The notes under the pieces: generated by a model
The model's input: the letters and a program-made list of their open reading frames with translations, nothing else
Database searches by the model: none
What the model was told of the DNA's origin: nothing
NCBI RefSeq assembly: GCF_006345805.1
Contig: NC_042997.1
Span: 199,764,001 to 199,828,000 of the forward strand
DNA length: 64,000 nucleotides
From: Octopus sinensis
Taxonomy: Eukaryota
Reading direction: 5' to 3'
Position numbers and translations under genes: made by a program
Shown: one piece after another, positions 12,143 through 23,790 of the stretch
How positions within the stretch are numbered: position 1 is the stretch's first letter
Layout: each line of letters opens with the position of its first letter

Positions 12143-12555
12143 CATCACCATTTAATGTCCACTTTCCAATACTTGCATCAGTCAGGCAGAATTTACTGAG
12201 TCAATTTTTCTATGGCTGGATGTCCTTCCTGTTGCCAACCCTCTCTTGTTTCCAAGTAAGACTTGAAGTGAACAGGTTTGTTTTACATCTAACCTGTGTG
12301 TGCAACTGACATGTAAAAAACACCTTTTGAGCATGGTCATTGCCAGGACTACCTGACTGGTCCTTGTGCCAGTGGCATGTAAAAGCACCCACTACACTCT
12401 CGGAGTGGTTGGTATTAGGAAAGGCATCCAGGTGTAGAAACTCTGCCAGATCAGATTGGAGCCTGGTGCAGCCTTCTCGTTTGCCAGTCCTCAGTCAAAC
12501 TGTCCAACCCATGGTAGCATGGAAAACGGACATTAAACAACAATGATGATGATAT
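12143..12555. mobile_element. Two RTE-type tails in opposite orientation (minus ~12143-12300, plus ~12300-12555)
   Basis: CATCACCATTTAATGTCCACTTTCC on the left; CATGGAAAACGGACATTAAACAACAATGATGATG on the right. Confidence 0.7.
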
Positions 12556-12559
12556 CATC

Positions 12560-12599
12560 ATCATATATATATATGTGTGTGTGTGTGTGTGTACATACC

Positions 12600-12660
<61 letters not shown>

Positions 12661-12690
12661 TATATATAGTATGTACACACACACACACTC
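12560..12690. repeat. Compound (TA)n/(TG)n/(CA)n microsatellite
   Basis: Directly visible. Confidence 0.95.
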
Positions 12691-12885
12691 AGCTGGCAAA
12701 AATGCGTTGTACTTGTATTTCAAAGGGTCAGCCTTGTCACTCTCTGTGTCACGCTGATTATCCCCGAGAACTACGTTAAGGGTACACGTGTCTGTGGAAT
12801 GCTCAGCCATTTGCACGTTAATTTCACGAGCAAGCTGTTCCGTTGATCGTATCAGCTGGGACCCTCGTCGTCGTAACCGGCGGAG
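12690..12885 (+). mobile_element. 3' half of OK-like SINE
   Basis: Closely matches 11690-11870 (GTATTTCAAAGGG..CCTTGTCACTCTCTGTGTCACGCTG..CCCCGAGAACTACGTTAAGGGTACACG). Confidence 0.85.
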
Positions 12886-13101
12886 TCTTTTTTTTTTTAA
12901 TATATATATATATATAAAAACGATGATGATGATGATATATATATATATATATACATATATATATTAAATTAGAGATAAAACCACTATTAGGCAAATCAAA
13001 CAGTGAAAAACATAAGCCAATACATAAATTAATTTAAAAATATAAAAGTTAAAACTTATAAATTTTAAATATATATATATATATATATTTATTATATAGA
13101 A

Positions 13102-13156
13102 GGAGCTTCTACAGGACTAGAACTGTTTCATCCAAGAGAAATCTTCAGGAGCTTCC
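13102..13156 (-). ncRNA. Type I hammerhead ribozyme motif (minus-strand arm of the palindrome)
   Basis: GGAAGCTC-CTGAAGA-T-TTC TCTT GGA-T-GAA-ACAG TTCTAGTC CTGT-A-GAAGCTCC: intact core, stem III 4 bp, GUA triplet, stem I bulged. Confidence 0.65.
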
Positions 13157-13202
13157 TGAAGATTTCTCTTGAATGAAACAGTTCTAGTCCTGTAGAAGCT
13201 CC
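13148..13202 (+). ncRNA. Type I hammerhead ribozyme motif (plus-strand arm of the palindrome)
   Basis: GGAGCTTC-CTGAAGA-T-TTC TCTT GAA-T-GAA-ACAG TTCTAGTC CTGT-A-GAAGCTCC: CUGANGA and GAAA core, perfect 8-bp stem I, 4-bp stem III, GUA cleavage triplet ending at 13194. Confidence 0.78.
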
Positions 13203-13283
13203 TTCTATATAATAAATTAATTTTACTCTGCTATGTATTGAGTACCTTATTTACTGTGGTTAACCCCGAATCAACCTGGGACC

Positions 13284-13284
<1 letters not shown>

Positions 13285-13335
<51 letters not shown>

Positions 13336-13341
13336 GTGTGT

Positions 13342-13378
<37 letters not shown>
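13285..13378. repeat. (TA)n(TG)n microsatellite
   Basis: Directly visible. Confidence 0.95.
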
Positions 13379-14300
13379 ATATTTTTATATTATTTTATTT
13401 ATTAATTAATTAATTTTTATTATTATTATTACTTTTTTTTTTTAATTCTAATATTTTATAAGTCTTTGGTGTAATAATATTTTTCTTATGTAAATATCGT
13501 TGTTTATGTAATGATCAAATTATCGTAATTTTCTATATAATTATTAGATATTAAATTTAAGTTTATTCATAAGATATTAGTTAGCGATAGATATGTTGTT
13601 TGATAGTAAGTATACGAGTTGTCTAAAGTTAGGTTTATGTATATACATATATTAATAGTATTAATTGTAGTTTTAATTTTCTTATAATTAAAATTAGATA
13701 AACTTAGATATGTTTCGACCAAAGATTGGTCCAGGCAATGTCTAACTTAGTTTTTGTCTTTTTAAATTGATATTTGCTAATATTCCCATTGATAAATATA
13801 TTTATAGTATTTATTCGATACTATATAACTACGAATTGATTATTTCTATAAGTATTTTAAATAAGATTTCCGAAAGTTCGTTTAAGTTTGTTAGTTTGTA
13901 TTTTTGAAATTAGCTATTTCATCTTTAAATATGTAAAATTAATTTATTAGGTCTTTATTATATGTGCATATATATTTATTTATAGAAATTAATTTAGATC
14001 TTAATTATAATATTTATACATTTATATATATTCATCGATAATTTATATATAATAGTCTTTTTTTTTTTTAATATTTATGTAATTAGATATAGACTATTAC
14101 CGATATTAGATTATTGGTGGGTTTCTTACCTTAAAAATTAAAACTAATATTCAACATTATAATCGATTTTGATATAATCATAATTGTTAAGTTTTAAGTT
14201 TTTAGTTTGATAATAGAGTTTATTATAAGTAAAATTATTATATTATTTATATCTTAAAAAATATTGTTGAAATATTTCTGATTATTTTTTAAATATTTCA

Positions 14301-14399
14301 ATTAACCTGAAGATTGACTGTAACCATAACTCGAATTATTAATTGAATTTAAATTATTGTTATTCGAATTGGTACAGCCATGAAACGATCGTAGTGTTT
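14301..14399 (+). ncRNA. Hammerhead ribozyme motif with long stem II and palindromic minimal stem III
   Basis: CTGAAGA at 14307-14313; stem II TGACTGTAACC...GGTACAGCCA; GAAAC-GATC-GT-A at 14382-14393. Stem I pairs poorly. Confidence 0.6.
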
Positions 14400-15253
14400 T
14401 ACTCTTTATCTTTTATTAAACTTTTAATACTTTTGATATTTATATATATATAAAAAAAATAAATTAATTAATTAATTAATAAATAAAATAATATATAAAT
14501 ATAAAAATATACATATATATATATTTGTATATATATATATTTAAAATTTATAAGTTTAAATTATTTAAATAATTTTTTTAATTTTTAACTTTTATATTTT
14601 TAAATTAATTTTATGCTTAATTTTTTCACTGTTTGATTTGCCTAATAGTGGTTTTATCTCTAATTTAATATAATATAATATAATTATACTATAAAATTGG
14701 ATTTAATCCTAAATCTAATTTTTCCCTGTAAGTTTGGATTTATTCCCTAATATTATTATATATATATATATATTGTCATGTAAACCCATGGTCAAATTCC
14801 TATTCATTAATCTAAAATAATTCTTCACTCACCTTTTGCTTAGTTTGACATTAAAAAAAATACATACCTCTATTTTACTCTTAACTATGGAATATAATTA
14901 CTTATCACATCCCCTTTACATTACTATATCTTACATTATCTTTGTACATTTTTCTTTAACATTTCCTTCTCACAATAGCATGACCCACCATATATAGGAC
15001 TATCACTTTATCTATCTCCCACTACACTTCTCTCTATATGTTTGGATAAAAGAAATTATATATTTCCTTACTATGTAATATACCTATAATTTTTGTATTC
15101 TATTTTATTTACATAATGTGTCCATGTACCCCTTTTTCTGCACTTCTCCTCCCTGCTCAACATACCCATTACAACAATTACTGGTTTATGTTATTTGTTA
15201 CTATACCTTATAATTACGTATGTGCATACACATATGCACACATGTATGCACAT

Positions 15254-15560
15254 GTACTTCTTGATGTCCTACATGTCTACACCCATGTATGCACATCTAG
15301 GTATGGATCTCATGTTGTCTATGTGTGCATATCTATAGATGTGTTTGATTTTTTTCTTTTTTATATGCAGGTACTGACGTATATTAATATGTATTTGTTA
15401 CTCCTCACATGCACACATAGTACTTCTTCATGTCCTACATGTCAACACCATGTATGCACATCTAGGTATAAGATCTTATACATTATCTATATGTGTATAT
15501 CTATAGATATGTGTTTGATTGTTATATATAGGTACTAACATGTATATTAATATGAACGTG
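15254..15560. repeat. Tandem repeat, 166-bp unit, ~1.8 copies
   Basis: GTACTTCTT(G/C)ATGTCCTACATGTC..ACACC(C)ATGTATGCACATCTAGGTAT starts at 15254 and 15420. Confidence 0.8.
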
Positions 15561-15585
15561 TGTACCTGTGTATATATGTATGTTT

Positions 15586-15624
<39 letters not shown>

Positions 15625-17280
15625 TATTATGTATGTGTATTTATATATGTGTGTTGCCCCTTCACTCCCTACACTGGTATGGGTATATCTGTATTGTGTT
15701 TTTTTATATGTATACCTTAATCGTACATCTACAAGACTTCCTGTATCTATATGTGCAAATGTGCCTCTACACATGTATGAATAAATATACACACTCTTCT
15801 AATTAGATTATATTTCTCCTATATTATGTGTAAATAAATCTTTTGTACACTTATGTGTACCCGGCTACTTGTACTTTTTCTTATATCCTTACTGGCACTA
15901 CACCCCTACAGTTTGAATACCACTAAGACCTTACTACCAATACATATCCTTCTCACATAATACTAAGCTAGATTATTAGCTCTAAAATAATCCTTTTTTA
16001 TATATACATAAAAACTCACTTAACCTAATATCAATATCCTATGCTCAATTTATTTTTTCGCTCCTCTTCCTCTGCTCATTTATCTCCCCTTCATTTATTT
16101 CTTTTTTTAGTATACCTATCTTTACTTCCAATTTCAATTTAACTTCTTTATAGACACAGCAAGTACATACTATTTTAATTGTAATATTAACAGCCGTTTT
16201 TCTGTTTTACTTACTTTTTTCGGCTTCATCATTAATACGTATTACCTAATATGATTTTTTATGCAAACATGAGTCCCTTATATACATCAAACTCTCTCTT
16301 TAAGTCATTCTTATCCCTCTATTTCTCCTACCTTTTGTTTACATTATACCACCTCCTCACACTAAACTTCATTCTTATGTATAGAAATTTTTAAAAACTA
16401 CATTATACTACATCATGATTTTAACACTTAGCTCATCTTTTAATTCAAACCTAGGAGTGTCTTTCCACTGGACATTTCTAATACATATTTGCACTACACT
16501 ACTTATTTAGAATTTAAATCTAATTTCCATACTCATCTATAGAGAGAATGTAGATGAATTAGTGATATTAAACTTTTTTTTTTTCAAATTATATAATAGC
16601 ATATTAATTATACAATTATAGTATTTTTGCAATGTTGAGAAACCAAAATTTTATTTGCAAAGCCAAAAGTAACATAAAACTAAAAGCATATTAAAAAAAC
16701 AAGTTTTCCGAAAATATCAGATCTCAGACAAATCTTTTTCCCGACATTCATTCTTACTCCAATTCATTTAGGATTAGGGGATGGAAAATGCTCACAAAAA
16801 CAAAAAGACATTGGTACCTACAAACATTTGAATAAAGTAATCTGACAATATAGTTCTTAGAACAGCAAGATTTACTTTAGAAGTAAAAAAAAAATGCAAT
16901 TGATTGATTTTAGTGACATTTAGATTTGACAGACTGATTTGTTTTGACTTTAAAAAACAAATTTCAAGATTTCCATTATAATCTTGCACAAAACTTTTAT
17001 TGAAAATATAACTATCAAATTTCTTTGTTGTAACTTACATGAGTGACTTAGAAGATCAGAAAGGGAAAGATGATTGTAACTGTGGAAGAGAACTTTCATG
17101 TGCCAGAGTAGTACATAATAGGGGAGAGAGAGAGAGAGAGAAAGAGAGAGAAGGGGATAAAAAGTTTATATAAGTGATGTAGATTAAATAAAATGTCTGA
17201 CTATTAATTCAGTCAAAGCTTCAGCTTTTTGCAATAAAATAGTGTGTATAGGTGTATATAAATTGCATTTCAACCATTAG

Positions 17281-17318
<38 letters not shown>

Positions 17319-18789
17319 AGTCATATAACTCAAAATGAATTTTTCTGTCCTTCAAACAAGGATTATATATATATATATATAGACAGATAGATATATACAC
17401 ACACATTTGAATTTATATAAGAAAGGAAACAATTACCGAATGTATGAAGTAGACATTATATACTTTTTTTTTTTAAAATTAAAGCTTAGACTTCCATGTA
17501 CTGTTACTTACAAAGTCCATCTCAAAGAAATCAGATCAAAAAGGAAAAGAGGATAGCAACTATAGAAGAGAACTTTCATATATCTGATTAAATTTTAAGT
17601 AAAGCAATAAATTTGTTTTAAAACAAATTAAAATTTACTCAGATTTGGTTTGTTCGAAATAGTTCTCTCCAATGTGAAAAACGCTGCTTTTGATGTGTTT
17701 TTTTTTTTTTTTTTTTTTTTTTCCGGGTTTTCAAAAACATCTTAAATATTTCTCATTGCTAATTTTCTTAAAACATCTTAAATACTTCTCATTGCTAATT
17801 TTCTTTTATCTCTTCTATTGTCTGAAATCTGTGACATTTCAGAGTGGATTTTAATTTTAAGAGGTGGAGGAGAAGTCTGAAGAGGTTAAATCCAAAGAGT
17901 AGAATGGCTGGAAGATGGGAAGTGTCACAGGATTTATCAAAAAGATTTTTAAAAAGTCACTTAAAAAGAGCGACATGCAAGTAGGATTGTTGTCATATGG
18001 GAGCATCCAGGTTTTGTGTATTCATGCCTCAGGTGTCTTTTTCTTTGCATTGCTTCTTTTAAATACCTCAAGATATTCATCACATGGAATAAATTCATGA
18101 CGAGCATCAATTATGCAAATGTATATGTATATAAAAGTGAACGCTTTCACATCTGAGTAACTATGGCTTTTAGGTTTTTATTTTAGTTGCAGCTGTAATG
18201 ATCCAACCCTTTTCAGCAACTGCCTTTCTTTCGATATTATAGCTATAGATCAGATCCAGAGTGATGGTGTCTCCTTTATTTGCTCATCTGTCAACTGGCA
18301 TAGCACAAATTTTGAAGTAACATGACAAAATATAAACTATTTATTTCTTTTAAAACCATGAGATGCAAAATTGTAGAGATGACCACCTGTTTTGGAAACT
18401 TCATGTTCAGTCAGGGGAATGATTTTCATACCTTACTGTATGGCCTTTCACAATGTGGTCATTAGCCATTGTCATGGAAGGCTATCTAGATCTGGGATTG
18501 TAATTAGTGCATGTGCAATATCAGAGCAACACATGCAATACAGGTTATGGGAGGAGAAGAAGTAAGCAAGTTGAAATACCATCTCTATTCACTTGTTACA
18601 CATTAGAACTGCCATAAAAGTTTTTCTCAATTCGAAACAGAATTCCACATGAACACATTTCTTTTCCTCTTTTCCAAATTGCTTCATTATTTAACTCATG
18701 CCAAAATGCACTAAACACACAAACATACAGATACACACACATCTATATATATATATATATATATAACGTGATTGCTCCAGTTTCACAGA

Positions 18790-19950
18790 TGATTGCTGTC
18801 TCTTTGTGCTTTCTGGTTGTCAATGGCATTTCCTCCTTGGCCTCCCATGGCATCATGTTGAAGAAGATTGCAAAATGAGTCAGAGCCAGAACACAACCCT
18901 GATTCAGACCGTTTTAAATGGGTAAGGATTCTAATAGGTCACTGTTGTGCTTGATCTATCCTCATTGGCCTTTGTGTAGCTACTGAAGGAGAAAGAGGGG
19001 ATTAGATGGACAACCACTCCACTCCACTCCAGGTTTCTCCACAATCAATTCCTATTGACCATATTGAATACCTTTGCCAGGTTGATGACAGCAGCATAAA
19101 AAAGCCGTTTCATTTTCTGCATTTCTCCTGTATCTGACAGAGGACAAAAATCATGTCTGTAGTGATTCAGTTGGCATAAAAACCATACTGACTCTCTGGA
19201 AGGATGTTGTCAGCAATGGCAGCAATAAGTCTTTCCAGAAGAATGTGTGCCAGCAGTATCTTGGCTGCAATTGAAACTGGTGTCATTCTTTTGTAGTTGG
19301 AGCACTGACTTCTCTCCTTTGTTCTGGTATAGAGACACTATTATGGAATGGCAAAGGTTGCTTAGTATTTTCCTTCTCTCCCAGCACAAAGTAAACTTCA
19401 TGAAATCAGCTCCCACTCATCTGTCAGAAGACCATCCACACTAAAGTCCTTGTGATTACTTAGCTTAGCTACTGTTGTGTTGATCTCACATATGGAGGGT
19501 GGGTTGCCTTTCACTGTGGTGTACTAGCACTGGATGCTGCTTACACAAATCGCATGTCTCCAAACCAACTTTTATACTGTTCAAACCAACAAAGCATGAT
19601 GTTATTCTTTGTCAGCAGAGTTGAACCATCAGCAGAGTGCAAAGGGGTTTAAGTCTGGTAGGCATATATGGCACAATGTGTCTCATGGAGGGATCTAATG
19701 TCTTCCCATTCAGCATAATGTTGTTCTCTCCTAGCAAGTGCTACTCACCAGTTGTTCTGAATCTCCCACAATTTTCACTAGAGGATGCTGCAGGCAGACT
19801 TGGCTGAAGGCTATTGGGGTTGGTGAGCACCCCTTGATGACAAGTGTGCTTCTGTGGAGCAATTGTTGGATTTTGTCTTCATTTTCACCAAACCAGTCTT
19901 TGTTCTTTCCTACATGAAATCCACTACATCAGCTGCTGTTTTCTGTATCA
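18790..19950 (-). pseudogene. Decayed RTE-clade (BovB-like) LINE reverse transcriptase fragment
   Basis: Minus-strand relics LYQNKGEKS.CSNY....SIAAKIL, LPESQYGF...TTDMIFVL.QIQEKC and NG..QGCVLA.T.F.IFF match the RTE RT consensus; many stops and frameshifts. Confidence 0.8.
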
Positions 19951-21929
19951 TATATGGCGAGTATTATAAGAACTTCTATTGGCTACTTTGATGTTTGAAT
20001 GTTTACTGTCGAAACTTGACAAACATTTCATGCATATTTGTGCGTATGTACATGCATGTATTGGAAAATAGATATAAAAGTGATGAAATATGCATGTACA
20101 TAATACTTATATCATTACCGTAACTTTAACAGCTGTTTCTCCACATTATCATGTATCAGACAAACTTGTTGAGGCAGATTTTCCTATAGTTAGGTAGTCT
20201 TCCTGTTGTCAAACTGATTTTCATTTCCCTGGTTCTATTATGTAGAAACCATTAAAAGCCACTAAACTACAGAAGATTTGTTTATTGAAGGAAGTAAACC
20301 ACATCACTACTTTTGCTTAAGTGGTGTTGCTAAACACTTACACATGTAAAATATGGGAACAAAATTCACACACACTTGCGCAGTTATTAGAGAATTCTCC
20401 ATATTTAAATACATAGAAAGACCTGATAAAATTTGATTGCAATATTTCCTTCCTTATTTTTTTAAAATTTAATATTCAAAGAGATTAGAAATTCAATAAA
20501 ATTATCAAATTAGTGTGCATTAAAATGGCTGTTATTTTATATATAGTCTCCAGTTATAGTAGAAACATTACACAAACTCAAAATTTAAATTAGTGTTAAA
20601 ATTTACTTGAATGACTAATTAAATTTTAGGATGGAACAGTTATCAACTTTTCTAAATGAAAATGACTAAAGCTTAACATAATCTTTCACTTTAAACCCTT
20701 TTCCATGAGTTACTGTTGGCTACTGGCTTGCTTCACCATCATTAGCATCGTCTTCATTTGGATATTTTTCTACCAGAGTAGTGCATAAATACGTTATAAA
20801 TGTCCTGTTTCATTTGTGTGGCCCAACATAGTGAGACCTAACTTCATTTTGATTTTATTCTCTTTATATTTAACTATAAACTTATGATACATTTGCACTA
20901 ACCATCTATCTTCCACATTCACAACTTTCCATACATTTATAAACCTCTATTGAATGCATCACCCAACAGCTATAAGACTAAAACATTGCTTCATTTTAAT
21001 TTAACTTACCTCCAAGTTCCCAATGTAGAAATGAGAGAATTTTCTCTAAATCATTTGCCAAAGTGCTGTGTAAGGACCAACATGTCAAAGAATAGACCCA
21101 ATGATTCCTCTGCATGTCATAAAAGGCAACTAAAAGAGGTATGATTTGCACTCTGACCTCATAAAATCCTCACCATCAGCTACTACCCAAACAGATCCAT
21201 GGGTTGGAGGGTTGCCCCTGAGTTGTGCAAAAGTGTTATCTACCAAGAGTAGTGAATCACTAATAAATGATGGATGCAGCAGTGTGTTGTTACAGTGCAT
21301 GTCTCTATACTACTACTACTACTTTGCCAAACATTGCACCATAACACTTACATATAACATGTATAGTTAATTTGTATATAGAGATAGAAAACTAGATAGA
21401 AAACTACCACCAACAGAAATTGTGATTCCTGAATCTTCTTACATTTCTCTTTAATTAACCTCAGTGCAATTCCTCAAAATACTGTTAGTACACCAAATCA
21501 TACAGATAAAAAATGGCGTCTAAAATTTGCAGCTATCATAACTGCCTATGGTTTTCATTTTGCAATTGCTTAAGATTTTATCTACTTTGATGATACCTAA
21601 CACTTTATCTGTATCTAACGCTTTGGTAATGGTCAATTTTGCAAAAGGTTCCTCTTACAGTTTGCTATAAACATCCAATTCTATCATTCCCATTGTAAAA
21701 TATAGAATAGTTCTTATCCATACATTTTGAGAAATGCTAATGGTGTTTTGCACCAGCGGCTACTTATTATACCCTATTCTTAACAATTGCCTTGTTTTTC
21801 TTAGGCTTTCAACTTCTGATGGATTCATAAGGATACTTTCTAAATATACTGTATGTCAGTTTTCTCCATCTGTTATGGTACTAGGGTTCAGGTCTCCAAT
21901 AATGATTTGCTAGACCATTACTTGAGGTT

Positions 21930-22220
21930 GTCTATCTTTCCCTCTATCTGCCTTTTCTTCTTTTCTCCTTCACAGTTCCTTAGATAATGGCTTTTGGAAG
22001 GTCACAGGATGTTGCATGGCCATAACATCTCAGCTTTCTTTGCTTCACTACTGTGAGATTTTCATGGGATCCAATGTGATAAAGTATAGTTTTGCTCATT
22101 TGTAATAAAATACAAAATAGCTAAGATATTGAGGAGCATCTCATTTTCAATTCTTCTGAATCTGCCATGAGATCCCATATCTCATATGCATACAGTAAAT
22201 CTTTGCAAGAACTCATAGAC
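21930..22220 (-). pseudogene. Decayed RTE LINE C-terminal fragment
   Basis: Minus-strand relics ITNE...IG.HENL.VVKQRKLR.YGH and KAII.GTV..KRRKGR. Confidence 0.65.
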
Positions 22221-22228
22221 AATGACTA

Positions 22229-22625
22229 CTCTTTTAGTCTCTTTACTCTTTTACTTGTTTCAGTCATTTGACTGCGGCCATGCTGGAGCACCACCTTTTA
22301 GTCGAGCAAATCGACCCCGGGACTTATTCTTTGTAAGCCCAGTACTTATTCTCTCGGTCTCTTTTGCCGAACCGCTAAGTGACGGGGATGTAAACACACC
22401 AGCATCGGTTGTCAAGCAATGCTAGGGGGACAAACACAGACACACAAACATATATATACATATATACGACAGGCTTCTTTTCAGTTTCCGTCTACCAAAT
22501 CCACTCACAAGGCATTGGTCGGCCCGGGGCTATAGCAGAAGACACTTGCCCAAGATGCCACGCAGTGGGACTGAACCCGGAACCATGTGGTTGGTTAGCA
22601 AGCTACTTACCACACAGCCACTCCT
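22229..22625 (-). mobile_element. Near full-length young CORE-SINE (OR1/OR2-like), tail type A
   Basis: Head GGAGTGGCTGTGTGGTAAGTAGCTTGC..GGTTCCGGGTTCAGTCCC, CORE-like CTTGGGCAAGTGTCTT, tail GCTCCAGCATGGCCGCAGTCAAATGACTGAAACAAGTAAAAGAG; CpGs intact. Confidence 0.92.
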
Positions 22626-23510
22626 ACGCTAACTTAGTTCAAACCAAAACCAGGAAATGGAACCATCACTGTGAACAACACAATCAAACTTTTGCATGCA
22701 GAGGCACTCTTAGCTATGTAAAACATTGATTGAAAAACACTGAATACTGTCTTTAGTAAGAGGCAGCATATGTAAAAATATCTGTATTCTTAACCAGAAC
22801 AAAACATAGCAACCAACCAACTTCATAGCTCATAACAATCAACCTTCAAAGAGCAAACACATTCCTTATTTTCACAATTCATAATGTCTTATCAGCCACC
22901 GAAACATAAAGAGAATAAAGTCATAAATGAGGTTCCAAAGCCTCTTTTCCAACTGAACACACAAAACCTAATCTCACCTTTGCAGTTTACAATTTATTGA
23001 ATGGCTGATCTTAGTAGAACAGAGATACTGTTTAAGATGGAAGATAAAATCAAAGTGTCAAAGAGAAACCTATGTTTCTTACAAAAACATAAATATAAAT
23101 CAATATTCTGATATAGAATGTTTTTATGCATCTGATCTATACACTGATAACCTCTTTCAGCATTACAGATTTGAACAGATGCTTTTCTAACTTTTTGCTT
23201 ATATGCCTTAAAACAAGAAACTGGTGTTTGAAATAAATTGCCAACAGCTAAGGACGAAGAGTCTGGTTTCACTAGTTCCTTATATTTTGCTTTTCATAAA
23301 AATTCTGCCCTCACAGTTAACATCCTGTTGCTACCATTGCAATGTGACTAATTTATTTTACCAAGTTCCAGATCTTCTATTGCTTATGGTGTTACGGTCA
23401 CTTGTTGTTCTGATTTCAAATACTTTTATATATCTCCAAATTCCCAAGATACAAGCACTTACACAGCCCCTTCTCCAACCAATTCTAAAACTGTGATGAT
23501 AACTTGTACA

Positions 23511-23790
23511 CCATCATCATCGTTTAGCTTTCCATGCTAGCATGGGTTGGACGTGTGACTGAGGGATGGCGAACCAGATGGCTGCATCAGGCTTCAATCT
23601 TGATCTGGTAGAATTTCTAAAGCTGGATGCCCTTCCTAACGCCAACAACTCCGAGAGTGTAGTGGGTGCTTTTACGTGCCACCGGCACAGGGACAGTCAG
23701 GCGGCACTGGCAACGACCACGCTCGAATCTTTTACACATGCCACTAGCGCAGGTGCCAGTAAGGCGATGCTGGTAACGATCACAATATGA
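23511..23790 (-). mobile_element. RTE-type 3'-end repeat
   Basis: CCATCATCATCGTTTAGC..TTCCATGCTAGCATGGGTTGGACG...GGATGCCCTTCCTAACGCCAAC. Confidence 0.8.

Larger units (their letters stand above)
12960..16520. mobile_element. Rearranged, AT-rich Penelope-like retroelement cluster (pLTR pieces in both orientations)
   Basis: Three type I hammerhead motifs, inverted repeats (12962-13072 vs 14535-14671; 13375-13430 vs 14445-14515) and (TA)n junctions. No intact RT or GIY-YIG ORF seen, so the family call rests on the ribozymes and the architecture. Confidence 0.55.

Noticed and set aside
14360-14395. Reading GTAMK resembling the Penelope RT GTAMG motif, and FANIPID at about 13770
   Set aside because: The spacing (~590 nt) does not fit RT motifs, the frames are full of stops, and the sequence is better explained as hammerhead stem II/III.
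15116-15792. ORFs of 74-140 aa rich in Y, I, C, H, M
   Set aside because: Translations of TA/TG-rich low-complexity sequence and tandem repeat.
18187-18316. Plus-strand 130-nt exon candidate (CSCNDPTLFSNCLSFDIIAIDQ...)
   Set aside because: It has an open frame with AG/GT borders, but no recognisable homology, a mediocre donor site and no partner exons.
22222-22729. Recurrent ORFs such as QSFDCGHAGAPP and CHAVGLNPEPCGW (also near 10426, 28529, 44715, 49414, 61170, 62711)
   Set aside because: Antisense translations of the CORE-SINE, not a gene family.
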